This document shows positions 47,965-56,805 of a stretch of 64,000 bases of DNA, piece by piece (position 1 is the stretch's first letter; each line of letters begins with the position of its first letter). Source of the stretch: Planctomycetota bacterium (lineage in GTDB: Bacteria; Planctomycetota; MHYJ01; WSZJ01); contig JBBTCT010000009.1 in assembly GCA_038060895.1 (NCBI GenBank), forward strand, positions 400,082 to 464,081. Reading direction: 5' to 3'. The notes under the pieces are model-generated. The model saw nothing but the letters and a program-made list of their open reading frames with translations, searched no databases and had not been told where the DNA came from. The translations under genes were made by a program, and so were the position numbers.

Positions 47965-48088
47965 ATTGTCTGTCCTCGAAGCGCAAAAGCGGCAGCGATG
48001 AGCGGCCAACCGGATCTTTCACGCTGGGCGGATCTTCATTTCAGCCGATGGAGCGTCAGGGTCGTGTTCTGATTGCCGCGGGAAACTC

Positions 48089-49519
48089 ATGAGCGGCACC
48101 TTCACAGAGACGGCATACACCTTCCGGCACGCCCTTCTCCGCGACGCGGCCTATCAACTCCAGCTTCCCGGTGAACGCGCGCGGCTGCATGGGATTGTGT
48201 TCGCGGTCCTGGAAGCGATGTGTGGCGGGCGGCCGGATCTGCCGCCGGTTTGCATGGACGAATCCCAGTTCGCGCCGCACCCTTCGGACCGGTTCGCCGA
48301 AGAAATGGCGGAGCACGCGCGCCGGGCAGAGGGAGAGGCTGGGCCCTATCCGGAAGCTGGCCGGCGCTACCTGCTGCGCGGCGCGATCGCCGCTTCGCGC
48401 CAATTCCAGACCGAGGCGGCGGAACGACTCTGGCGCCGCTTCGCCGACGCCTCTTCCGGAGTCGAGCGCGCGGAGGGGCTGCGCCGCGCGGCGCACGTCC
48501 TCTACCAGGCGGGTCGCCTGGGCGCCGCAGAGCCGCTGCTTCATCGCGCTCTCGCCGGATTCCGGGAAGCCGGGGAACGGCGCCTGGAAGGAGCGACGTT
48601 GATGGCGCTGTCCGACCTGTACCGGACGACGGGGCGGCCTGCGGATGCCGCGCCGGCCGCGGATCGGGCTCTTGCCATTTTCCGCGACATCGGCGACCGG
48701 AGATCGGAAGCACAGACGCTGTCGAACACGGCTCTGCTTTATCGCGACACGGGCAAGGTGCCGGAAGCGGAGCGAAACCTGCTGGACGCCCTGGAATTGC
48801 TGCGGGCGAACGGCGATCGGCGGCAGGAGGGCGTGGCGCTGGGACAGCTTGCCAGCGTCCTCCAGGAAACCGGCCGCCCGCAGGACGCCGAACGGCTTCT
48901 GGGTCAGGCCCTGGAGATTCACCGCGCCGTGGGGAATCGCCGATTCGAGGGCATCGCTCTTGGGAACCTGGCGAACCTGTACATGGAGACGGGGCGCGCT
49001 CTGCTCGCCGTGGCCACCTACCGGCAGGCGCTCGCCCTGCACACGGAAACCGGCGATCGCCGTTTCGAGGGCATCGCCCTCGGTAACCTTGCCGGGCTCC
49101 ACCACGGTGAGGGGCGCGTCGCAGAGGCGGAGCGCGCCTACGGGGACGCCCTGGCCATCCTGCGGGACGTCGGGGACCGGGCGTCGATAGGCATCAACCT
49201 GGGGAACCTCGCGCGGCTTTACCACGAGACCGACCGAGCAATGCAGGCCGAATCCACCTTCGAGAGCGCTCTGGAGATCCATCGCCAGGTCGGAAACCGG
49301 CGATTCGAGGCCGCCCACCTCTGCGACAGCGCCGTCCTCCTGCTGGACACCGGCCGGGCGTCCGAGGGGGAAGCGCGATGGAAGGCGGGAGCCGCGATCT
49401 TGCGCACGCTGGGCGACTCCGCGCAGATCGCGTTCAAGACGGCCGACATGCGCCGCGCCTGCGCCGCCGCGGGCGTGCTGCCGTTCGAGGAAGAAGTTAC
49501 TCGTGCCGCCCCTCCGTAA
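48089..49519 (+). CDS. TPR protein with N-terminal FRHALLRDAAY motif, paralog of 21588..23009
   Basis: FRHALLRDAAYQLQLPG.RARLHG shared; 40-aa GNRRFEGIALGNLA repeats. Confidence 0.85.
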   Translation: MSGTFTETAYTFRHALLRDAAYQLQLPGERARLHGIVFAVLEAMCGGRPDLPPVCMDESQFAPHPSDRFAEEMAEHARRAEGEAGPYPEAGRRYLLRGAIAASRQFQTEAAERLWRRFADASSGVERAEGLRRAAHVLYQAGRLGAAEPLLHRALAGFREAGERRLEGATLMALSDLYRTTGRPADAAPAADRALAIFRDIGDRRSEAQTLSNTALLYRDTGKVPEAERNLLDALELLRANGDRRQEGVALGQLASVLQETGRPQDAERLLGQALEIHRAVGNRRFEGIALGNLANLYMETGRALLAVATYRQALALHTETGDRRFEGIALGNLAGLHHGEGRVAEAERAYGDALAILRDVGDRASIGINLGNLARLYHETDRAMQAESTFESALEIHRQVGNRRFEAAHLCDSAVLLLDTGRASEGEARWKAGAAILRTLGDSAQIAFKTADMRRACAAAGVLPFEEEVTRAAPP

Positions 49520-49522
49520 GCG

Positions 49523-50527
49523 TCACCGGCCCTGCCTCCACGTCTGCAGCAGGTGCGCGTAATTCGAGCGCTCCACGGCCTTCGGATCCGGACACCGCAG
49601 AAGACTCATCGAGCCCTTCATCTGCGCCACGCCCTTATAGTCGTGCTCCTCCAGCCATTCGCGGAATCCCGTGACAATTTCCCCGAGCCGCTGCGGGCCG
49701 TGCTTGAGAAGCGCGGAGACGACCTGGACCGCGCTCGCGCCGCACATCACCGATTTCACGGCATCGACCGGGTCGTGCACGCCTCCCGTTACGGCAATCG
49801 GGATTTTCACCGCGGGGTAGAGAATCGCGAGCCAGCGGAGGCGAAGCGGCAGCTCCGTGGAATCCGAGAGACGGAGCGTCGGCGCAACTTCGAGCGCTTC
49901 GACGTCGATGTCCGGCTGATAGAACCGGTTGAAGATGACGAGGCCGTCGGCGCCGGCGGCTTCGAGCTGGCGCGCGAAGTTGACGAGGGACGTATAGAAG
50001 GGAGAGAGTTTGACGGCGAAGGGAATTTTAACGACGCGGCGGAGCGACTCGACCATTTGGACGACGCGGTCCTCGATCGACTCGGAGGTTTCGGTGCCGT
50101 CGGCCGCGAGGTCGTAGACGTTGAGCTCGAGGGCGTTGGCACCGGCGTCCTGGAGGGCGCGGCCGAAGTCGAGCCAGCTGCCGCGCGAGGCACCGTTCAG
50201 TGAGGCGATCAGCGGAATGTCGATGGCTTTACGCAGCCGGCGGACGTGATCGACATAGCCCTCGGGACCGAAGGGGAAGAGGTCGCGGCGGGGGAAATAG
50301 GAGCGGGCTTCGACGTAGGTATCGGAGTGGGCGTCCATGTTGCGCTCGCTCTCTTCGTACTCGCGGATGATCTGTTCCTCGAAGAGCGAGTGCATGACGA
50401 TGGCGGGCGCTCCCGCGGCCTGGAGCGCGGCGACCGCCTCGAGGTCGTCCACGAGCGGCGACGCGCCGGGCATGATCGGGTGGGCCAGTTTCAGGCCGAG
50501 CCAGGTCGTGGACAGGTCGGGGGTCAT
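49523..50527 (-). CDS. Dihydroorotate-dehydrogenase-like flavoprotein (PFOR-associated type)
   Basis: DLSTTWLGLKL..P..GASPL, IASLNG, AVKLSPFY, FNRFYQPDID, TGGVH; ATG 50527 overlaps the PFOR stop. Confidence 0.88.
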   Translation of the reverse strand: MTPDLSTTWLGLKLAHPIMPGASPLVDDLEAVAALQAAGAPAIVMHSLFEEQIIREYEESERNMDAHSDTYVEARSYFPRRDLFPFGPEGYVDHVRRLRKAIDIPLIASLNGASRGSWLDFGRALQDAGANALELNVYDLAADGTETSESIEDRVVQMVESLRRVVKIPFAVKLSPFYTSLVNFARQLEAAGADGLVIFNRFYQPDIDVEALEVAPTLRLSDSTELPLRLRWLAILYPAVKIPIAVTGGVHDPVDAVKSVMCGASAVQVVSALLKHGPQRLGEIVTGFREWLEEHDYKGVAQMKGSMSLLRCPDPKAVERSNYAHLLQTWRQGR

Positions 50528-53500
50528 TGCTGTTTCTCCTCCGCGGGCGGCTTGGGCAGCTTGACGCCGGCGAGTTGCCGGTATAGCTCGTAGCGGTCGG
50601 CGGCTGCGCGTTCGGCAGCCTTGATGAGGCGGCGATACCGGGCGGGGTCGAGTTTCTCGGACATGCGGAACCTGGCCTCGTTGCGGAGGTACTCGTCCGG
50701 GCGCACTTTCGGGGGCGGAGAGTCGAGCTTGAGCGGGGGCTCCCCGGCGGCGGTGCGGCGAGGGTCGTACCGGTAAAGCGGCCAGATGCCGGAATCGACC
50801 GCGAGCTTCTGCTGCTTCGCGCCGTGAGCCATGTCGTAGCCGTGAGCGATGCAGTGGCTGTAGGCGATGATGAGCGCAGGACCCGGGTAGGCCTCCGCTT
50901 CGAGGAACGCCTGCACCGTCTGCCGGTCGCTCGCGCCGAACGCGATGCGGGCGACGTAGATGTTGCCGTAGGACATCGCCATGAGGCCGAGATCTTTCTT
51001 CGGTGTTTCCTTGCCCGCCGTTGCGAATTTCGCCGAGGCTGCCAGCGGCGTCGCCTTCGACTGCTGTCCGCCGGTGTTGGAGTAGACCTCCGTGTCCAGT
51101 ACGAGCAGCTTCACGTCCCGACCGGTGGAAAAGACGTGGTCCACGCCGCCGAAACCGATGTCGTACGCCCACCCGTCGCCGCCCACGATCCAGACCGACT
51201 TGCGCACCAGCGCGTCGGCGATGTCGAGAAGTCGAAGCGCCGCCGGGTCGCCGGCGCCGGAGAGTTTTGCCCGAAGGGCCTCAACGCGCCGGCGCTGGGC
51301 CGCGATCGCGGCTTCGGACGACTCCGAAGCGCCGCCGGCGAGCTCGCCGGCCAGCGTCTCTCCGATGCGTCCCGCGAGCGGCGCCATCAGGTCGAGAGCG
51401 AGCCTCTTGCGCGCGTCGGCCGCGAGCCGGAAGCCGAGGCCGAATTCGGCGTTGTCCTCGAAGAGGGAGTTCATCCAGGCGGGTCCGCGGCCGTCGCGAT
51501 TCGTCGTGTAGGGCGTCGTCGGGAGATTGCCGCCGTAAATGGAACTGCACCCGGTCGCGTTGGCGATGAGGAGGCGGTCGCCGAAAAGCTGCGTGAGCAG
51601 CTTGATGTAGGGCGTCTCGCCGCATCCGGCGCAGGCGCCGCTGAACTCAAAGAGCGGCTCGAGGAATTGGGTCCCCTTCGGGTCAGGACGGACCTCCTCG
51701 CGCGGCGCTTCCGGCAGCTTCAGGAAGAAATCCCAGTTTGCGCGCTCGGCGTCACGGATCGGGGCCTGCGGCGCCATGTCGATCGACTTGTGACGGGGGT
51801 TTTCCTTGTCGCGCGCCGGGCAGACTTCGACGCAGAGCACGCACCCCGTGCAGTCCTCCGGCGCAACCTGCAGCACGTACTCACGCCCCGCGTACTCGGT
51901 CTGCTTGTAAGGAACCGACTTCATCGTCACCGGCGCCCCTTTCAGCGCAGCGGGCTCGACGACCTTTGCCCGGATGGCCGCGTGCGGGCAGACGAAGACG
52001 CATTTGTTGCACTGGAGGCAGATCGCCGGGTCCCAGACGGGGATCTCCTGCGCGACGTTGCGTTTCTCCCATCGCGCCGTCCCGGTCGGCCACGTCCCGT
52101 CCGGCGGAAACGCGCTGACCGGCAACTGGTCGCCGCGCCCCTGCATCAGCGCCGCCGTGACGCGCTTCACGAAGTCCGGCGCCGCGGGCGACACCGCAGC
52201 CGGCCGGGGAACCCCCGCGGCGGCCCGCCCCTTCGTCGAAATCTCGAACAGGTTGGCCAGCGTCCGGTCCACCGCCTCGAAGTTCTTCGCGACGACCGCT
52301 TCACCCTTTTTCCCGTACGTTTCGCGGATCGACTCCTTGATCGCCGCGATCGCTTCGTCCCGCGGCAGGACGCCGCTGATGGCGAAGAAGCACGTCTGCA
52401 TGATCGTGTTGACGCGCGAGCCCATGCCCGTCTCGTTCGCGACTTTCCACGCGTCGATGATCCAGAAGCGGAGATTCTTCGCGAGGACCTGCTGCTGGAC
52501 TTCGAGCGGAAGGCTTTCCCACGCTTCATCCGCCCCCCAGGGCGCGTTCAGCAGAAACGTTGCGCCCGGCGCGGCGCTCTCGAGCACGTCGAGTTTCTCG
52601 AGAAGAAACGCCTGGTGGCACGCCACGAATCCCGCCGAACGGATCAGGTACGACGAGCGGATATCGCGCGGCCCGAAGCGCAGGTGCGAGATGGTGACCG
52701 CCCCGGATTTCTTCGAGTCGTAGACGAAGTACCCCTGCGCACACAGAGACGTCTTCTCCCCGATGATCGCGATCGAGTTCTTGTTCGCCCCTACAGTGCC
52801 GTCCGAGCCCAGCCCGTAGAAGACCGCGCGGTTGACCTCCGGCGGTTCGATATCGAACTCGCGGTCGAACGGAAGAGACAGCCGCGTTACGTCGTCGGCG
52901 ATGCCGATCGTGAACTGGCGACGCGGACGCGTCGCGGCGAGTTCTTCGAACACGGCTTTCACCATGGCAGGCGTGAATTCCTTCCCCGACAGCCCGTACC
53001 TCCCGCCGATGACGCGCGGTTCCCGCGCGATGAGACCTTCGTCCTTCGCCTGCCTCAGCGCCGACTCGACGTCCATGCGCAACGGCTCGCCGGGCGCGCC
53101 CGGCTCCTTCGTCCGGTCGAGAACCGCGAGCGATTTCACCGAGGCGGGAAGCGCCTTCGCGAAATCCGCGACAGAGAACGGGCGATACAGGCGCACTTTC
53201 AGGACGCCGGTTTTCCCTCCGCGCGCGTTCATCCAGTCCACCGTCTCGTGCGCGACTTCGGCGCCCGAGCCCATCAGCACGATCACGCGTTCCGCGTCGG
53301 GCGCGCCGGCATAATCAAACAGGGAGTAACGGCGTCCCGTCCGCAACGCGAGCGATTCCATCTCCGATTTCACGATGCCCGCGCACCTGTCGTAGTAGAG
53401 GTTGCACGCTTCCCGGGCCTGGAAAAACGCGTCCGGGTTCTGCGCCGTCCCCCGCAACGTCGGCGCATCCGGCGTCAGCGCACGATCGCGATGGCTCTTC

Positions 53501-54102
53501 ACCAGGTCGTCCGGCACCAGCGCGCGCAAGTCGTCGTCCTCGAGCGCCTCGATCTTGCGGATCTCGTGCGAAGTCCGGAAGCCATCAAAAAAGTGCAGAA
53601 ACGGGATGCGCGACCGGAGCGTCGCCGCGTGCGCTACGAGCGCCAGGTCCTGCGCTTCCTGCGGCGATCCCGACGCCAGCATCGCGAACCCGGTCTGCCG
53701 GCACGCCATCACGTCGGAGTGGTCGCCGAAGATCGAGAGCGCGTGCGTCGCCACGGTCCGCGCGGCGACGTGCATGCAGAAGGGCGCCAGCTCGCCGGCG
53801 AGCTTGTACATCGTCGGGATCATGAGGAGGAGTCCCTGCGAGGCCGTGAACGTCGTGGCCAGCGCCCCGGCCTGCACCGCGCCGTGCGCCGCGGCAACCG
53901 CGCCCCCCTCCGATTGCATTTCGATCACGTCCGGAAGCGCGCCCCAGATATTTCGCCGCCCCATCGTGGACCATTCGTCGGCGAGCTCGCCCATCGTCGA
54001 GGACGGAGTGATGGGGTAAATGGCGATGACCTCGCTGAGGCGGTGAGCGACGGAGGCGACGGCCTCGTTGCCATCGACCGTGATCGTGCGGTGCTGGACC
54101 AT
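50524..54102 (-). CDS. nifJ: Pyruvate:ferredoxin (flavodoxin) oxidoreductase
   Basis: IYPITPSS, EMQSEGGA, CLQCNKC..CPH, CTGC..C..CP, FSGACAGCGETPY, GGDGWAYDIG. Confidence 0.97.
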   Translation of the reverse strand: MVQHRTITVDGNEAVASVAHRLSEVIAIYPITPSSTMGELADEWSTMGRRNIWGALPDVIEMQSEGGAVAAAHGAVQAGALATTFTASQGLLLMIPTMYKLAGELAPFCMHVAARTVATHALSIFGDHSDVMACRQTGFAMLASGSPQEAQDLALVAHAATLRSRIPFLHFFDGFRTSHEIRKIEALEDDDLRALVPDDLVKSHRDRALTPDAPTLRGTAQNPDAFFQAREACNLYYDRCAGIVKSEMESLALRTGRRYSLFDYAGAPDAERVIVLMGSGAEVAHETVDWMNARGGKTGVLKVRLYRPFSVADFAKALPASVKSLAVLDRTKEPGAPGEPLRMDVESALRQAKDEGLIAREPRVIGGRYGLSGKEFTPAMVKAVFEELAATRPRRQFTIGIADDVTRLSLPFDREFDIEPPEVNRAVFYGLGSDGTVGANKNSIAIIGEKTSLCAQGYFVYDSKKSGAVTISHLRFGPRDIRSSYLIRSAGFVACHQAFLLEKLDVLESAAPGATFLLNAPWGADEAWESLPLEVQQQVLAKNLRFWIIDAWKVANETGMGSRVNTIMQTCFFAISGVLPRDEAIAAIKESIRETYGKKGEAVVAKNFEAVDRTLANLFEISTKGRAAAGVPRPAAVSPAAPDFVKRVTAALMQGRGDQLPVSAFPPDGTWPTGTARWEKRNVAQEIPVWDPAICLQCNKCVFVCPHAAIRAKVVEPAALKGAPVTMKSVPYKQTEYAGREYVLQVAPEDCTGCVLCVEVCPARDKENPRHKSIDMAPQAPIRDAERANWDFFLKLPEAPREEVRPDPKGTQFLEPLFEFSGACAGCGETPYIKLLTQLFGDRLLIANATGCSSIYGGNLPTTPYTTNRDGRGPAWMNSLFEDNAEFGLGFRLAADARKRLALDLMAPLAGRIGETLAGELAGGASESSEAAIAAQRRRVEALRAKLSGAGDPAALRLLDIADALVRKSVWIVGGDGWAYDIGFGGVDHVFSTGRDVKLLVLDTEVYSNTGGQQSKATPLAASAKFATAGKETPKKDLGLMAMSYGNIYVARIAFGASDRQTVQAFLEAEAYPGPALIIAYSHCIAHGYDMAHGAKQQKLAVDSGIWPLYRYDPRRTAAGEPPLKLDSPPPKVRPDEYLRNEARFRMSEKLDPARYRRLIKAAERAAADRYELYRQLAGVKLPKPPAEEKQQ

Positions 54103-54211
54103 GGTGCTCCGATGCGCAGGCGCTGAAAAACACGCGGCGACTGCGCGGGATTACGCGGAATAAGCCCGTTCTGGGGCCGTTCGCGCAACAGGGAGCAAGG
54201 GGAGTGCCGCT

Positions 54212-54883
54212 TCAGTTCCGGGCGGTCGTCACCGGCTCGGCGGGTCGGATGTTGATTCCCCCGTCCGCCTCGATCGTCAATCGATAGGTGCGCCCGGCTT
54301 CCAGGCGCGTATAGACCGCCTCGCCCTGCGCCACGCGCACGCCCTTCGACCGCGCGAGATCGCCATCGTTCGTGTACTTCCAGAAATCCCGCCAAAGTTC
54401 TTCTTCGAAATTCCCGGCGCCGACGCGAAGCGCTTCGGGCACGCCGTCCACGGAAGCGGCGTCCAGAGGGAAACCGTCGTCGGGGGCCTGGTACTCGCCG
54501 AAGACGCGCCTGAAGAGGTGGAGGGAGCGGCCGCGGAGGGCGTCCGCGTCGCCGACGTAACGATCTTCGAATTTCAGGACCAGGGCGTCGAAGTAGGCCA
54601 CGTCTCCCGAGATGGTGTAGGAGCGCGGCTGTTGGGCGTTACCGAGTCGATCGTAGGTGAGGAATCGGAAAGTCGTGCGCCGGTCTCGGCCGCGGGCGCC
54701 TTCCTGGGCGGTGACCACGACATCGGCGATCCGGAATTCCGTGCCGAGGCGCGCGATCATGTCGCGCATGCGCCGGTTATCGCGCTCGAGATCGCCCGCG
54801 CGTCGCTCACGGAGGAAGAGGCTCCAGCCGAGGACGGCGGCAAGGACCGAGAGGACGAATGTGGCGAGGAGGAGTTTCCGCAT
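54212..54883 (-). CDS. Membrane-anchored hypothetical protein
   Basis: ATG 54883; N-terminal TM, short coiled coil, globular domain YFDALVLKF...LFRRVFG. Confidence 0.7.
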   Translation of the reverse strand: MRKLLLATFVLSVLAAVLGWSLFLRERRAGDLERDNRRMRDMIARLGTEFRIADVVVTAQEGARGRDRRTTFRFLTYDRLGNAQQPRSYTISGDVAYFDALVLKFEDRYVGDADALRGRSLHLFRRVFGEYQAPDDGFPLDAASVDGVPEALRVGAGNFEEELWRDFWKYTNDGDLARSKGVRVAQGEAVYTRLEAGRTYRLTIEADGGINIRPAEPVTTARN

Positions 54884-54927
54884 GAGGTTGTTATCGGCTT
54901 GAAAGCGGAGACGGCTTGATGCGGAAC

Positions 54928-54964
54928 TGGTTACTTCGGAGTAACCACCGGAAGATCCGGTAAC
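54928..54964. promoter_or_regulatory. Candidate enhancer (UAS) 1: GTTAC-N6-GTAAC plus a GTAAC half-site
   Basis: TGGTTACT-TCGG-AGTAACCA palindrome; the motif recurs at 55188, 56763 and 56786. Confidence 0.6.
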
Positions 54965-55008
54965 AGAAAACGCACGGCGCCGGGGCCGGTTTCCCTCTGC
55001 GCGGCCCG

Positions 55009-55024
55009 CGGCACGGATCTTGCG
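55009..55024 (+). promoter_or_regulatory. Sigma54 -24/-12 promoter 1
   Basis: CGGCACGGATCTTGCG (GG-N10-GC, near consensus). Confidence 0.7.
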
Positions 55025-55051
55025 ACGTCTGGCCACCAGGACAGAATCTCC

Positions 55052-55088
55052 CCGCGGGGCATTGACGCGCTGCGTCAATGCTCCGCGG
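55052..55088. other. 17-bp hairpin or operator containing TTGACGC-N3-GCGTCAA
   Basis: CCGCGGGGCATTGACGC-GCT-GCGTCAATGCTCCGCGG; core repeated at 55303-55319. Confidence 0.7.
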
Positions 55089-55187
55089 CCACCTTTCCGC
55101 GCCGCCGAAGTTTTTATTTCGTGCGAGGCGCGCTCCCAGGAACCGCACCCGCTACCGGTGTCTTTTCGAAATAAAAACATCGGTCGT

Positions 55188-55222
55188 GTTACCCGCGCGC
55201 AACGAAACAGGACCCGAGTAAC
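55188..55222. promoter_or_regulatory. Candidate enhancer (UAS) 2: GTTAC-N6-GCAAC plus a GTAAC half-site
   Basis: Same 30-nt internal spacing as UAS 1. Confidence 0.55.
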
Positions 55223-55264
55223 GCGCAATTCGCCTGAAACCGCAGCCTGCAATCGTTTGACGGT

Positions 55265-55281
55265 CTGGTCCGCGAATTGCA
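55265..55281 (+). promoter_or_regulatory. Sigma54 -24/-12 promoter 2
   Basis: CTGGTCCGCGAATTGCA (GG-N10-GC). Confidence 0.65.
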
Positions 55282-55364
55282 AGAACTCAGAGCGGCCCGA
55301 AATTGACGCAGTGCGTCAAAACCCGGGGGCGCCCTGAAGGGCCCCGAGCCACTCGGAGGTCCGG

Positions 55365-55895
55365 ATGATTCCCGTCATTCCGCTTCGCCGTCCTTCGACG
55401 AAGCTCTCCACGCATCCGGGCCGGGGCGCACGCCACCGCGGCTTCACGTTGATCGAACTCGCGGTCGTCATCGCAATTCTCGTCTTCCTCATTTCCGGCC
55501 TCGGCGCCGTCTGCGCCGGCATGAGGGGCTCTTCCAGGGTCGAGTCAACCCGCTCCCTGATTCGTGCGCTCGACTCCGCCTGCGACTCCTACCGCAGCAA
55601 GCTCGGCTCCTACCCTGGTTTCCCTCGCGCCACCTCAGACACGACCGTTCTCCACCGGGCACTCTGTGTTCCCCTTCCCGCATCCGGCACCAACCGCCTC
55701 ATCGGGCCGTTCATCGAGCTGCCGTCCAGCCGTCTCTCCTGCGCCCCGCAGATCCACGACGACTGGGGATGGCCCATCCGCTACTCGCTGCCGGGCGCGC
55801 TTCACGGCCGCGGCGCCGACAACTCGCGCCGCTTCGACCTCGACGCCACCAGCACGGAAGGCGGCGTCATCGGGAACTGGCCGGAAGCGCGCTGA
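55365..55895 (+). CDS. Prepilin-type (pseudo)pilin B0
   Basis: RG|FTLIELAVV; DDWGWPIRYSLPG..H, RFDL, NW shared with 58827 and 61531; start uncertain. Confidence 0.8.
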   Translation: MIPVIPLRRPSTKLSTHPGRGARHRGFTLIELAVVIAILVFLISGLGAVCAGMRGSSRVESTRSLIRALDSACDSYRSKLGSYPGFPRATSDTTVLHRALCVPLPASGTNRLIGPFIELPSSRLSCAPQIHDDWGWPIRYSLPGALHGRGADNSRRFDLDATSTEGGVIGNWPEAR

Positions 55896-55919
55896 CGCCG
55901 CTTCTACTCGGAGAGAATC

Positions 55920-56708
55920 ATGAAGTCGAACCGACGTGGTTTTACGTTGATCGAACTGCTTGTCAGCGTCGCGCTCGCGTCGCTTCTTGTCACCGTCCTG
56001 GCCGTGCTCTTCTTCCGCACGACGTCGACGGTGGTCGCGGGTGAAGCGCGGATGGCGGTGTCTGAGGACGGGCGGCACGCCCTGGACCAGGTGGCGAGCG
56101 ACCTCGAGAACATGCACCCGTCAACGAGCGCCGCTCAGCGCTTTCATGCGAGCGACGGTCCCGGCGACGCGACTCTTCCTGACGGGTCTGAAGCGAAGGA
56201 CGCGCTGGCGATGGTGACGTCCACGATGGTGCCGGACGGTGCGGGCGGCCGGGTCCTGGCTACGGTGTTGTCGGAATACTTTCTGGCGGCGGAGACGGAC
56301 CCCGAGTTGTCGATCGCTGGTGGAACGGCGAATGCGATCCGGTCCGGCCGGCCGCTGAAGGCGCTGAAGAGGCGGACCTGGCGAATCACGAAGGATGCGG
56401 CGCTCGGGGTCGTGAAGGGCGCGCTGCCGCTGAATCTGTCGGCGGCGACCGCGGCGGGGCTGGAGTTGATCGAAGAAAACACGCTGCACCAGTTCGTGAT
56501 GTCGATGAACGTGGAGCTGTTTGAGAATCCGGCGTGGCGTGAGCTTCATGCCACGGGAAGTGCGCTGATCGCAGCGCTTCCGATCGGCGACGTCGCAGGC
56601 GAACCGGTGCTTCCACGGAAAGTTCGGATCTCTCTCCGGGTCATAGAAGGGTCCGGCGAGAACTGTGAGCGGCTTTTCCAGCGTGAATGTTGGGTTCCGG
56701 CGGAATAG
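55920..56708 (+). CDS. Prepilin-type GspJ/PilW-like protein E0
   Basis: RG|FTLIELLVSV; EYFL and LKRRTW shared with the gene at 63474. Confidence 0.82.
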   Translation: MKSNRRGFTLIELLVSVALASLLVTVLAVLFFRTTSTVVAGEARMAVSEDGRHALDQVASDLENMHPSTSAAQRFHASDGPGDATLPDGSEAKDALAMVTSTMVPDGAGGRVLATVLSEYFLAAETDPELSIAGGTANAIRSGRPLKALKRRTWRITKDAALGVVKGALPLNLSAATAAGLELIEENTLHQFVMSMNVELFENPAWRELHATGSALIAALPIGDVAGEPVLPRKVRISLRVIEGSGENCERLFQRECWVPAE

Positions 56709-56762
56709 GGGAGTGACCCAAATGGCTATTCACGCTGGACTTGAGACGCCGGTCCCGGTAAA

Positions 56763-56801
56763 GTTACCGCACGGTAACGTCAAGCATTACGGAGCGGTAA
56801 C
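56763..56801. promoter_or_regulatory. Two tandem (G/A)TTAC-N6-GTAAC sites directly before the activator start codon
   Basis: GTTAC-CGCACG-GTAAC at 56763 and ATTAC-GGAGCG-GTAAC at 56786. Confidence 0.6.
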
Positions 56802-56805
56802 GCCC

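Noticed and set aside
48900-49320. 120-bp periodic DNA repeats (also around 21760-22270)
   Set aside because: Explained by 40-aa TPR units; no reverse transcriptase or adenine-specific variation to suggest a DGR
49523-54102. PFOR coupled to a DHODH-like gene as a novel system
   Set aside because: This pairing is common and known; the 549-aa ORF call is an artefactual upstream extension of the DHODH-like gene
50824-54126. 1100-aa plus-strand ORF
   Set aside because: Antisense shadow of nifJ caused by codon bias
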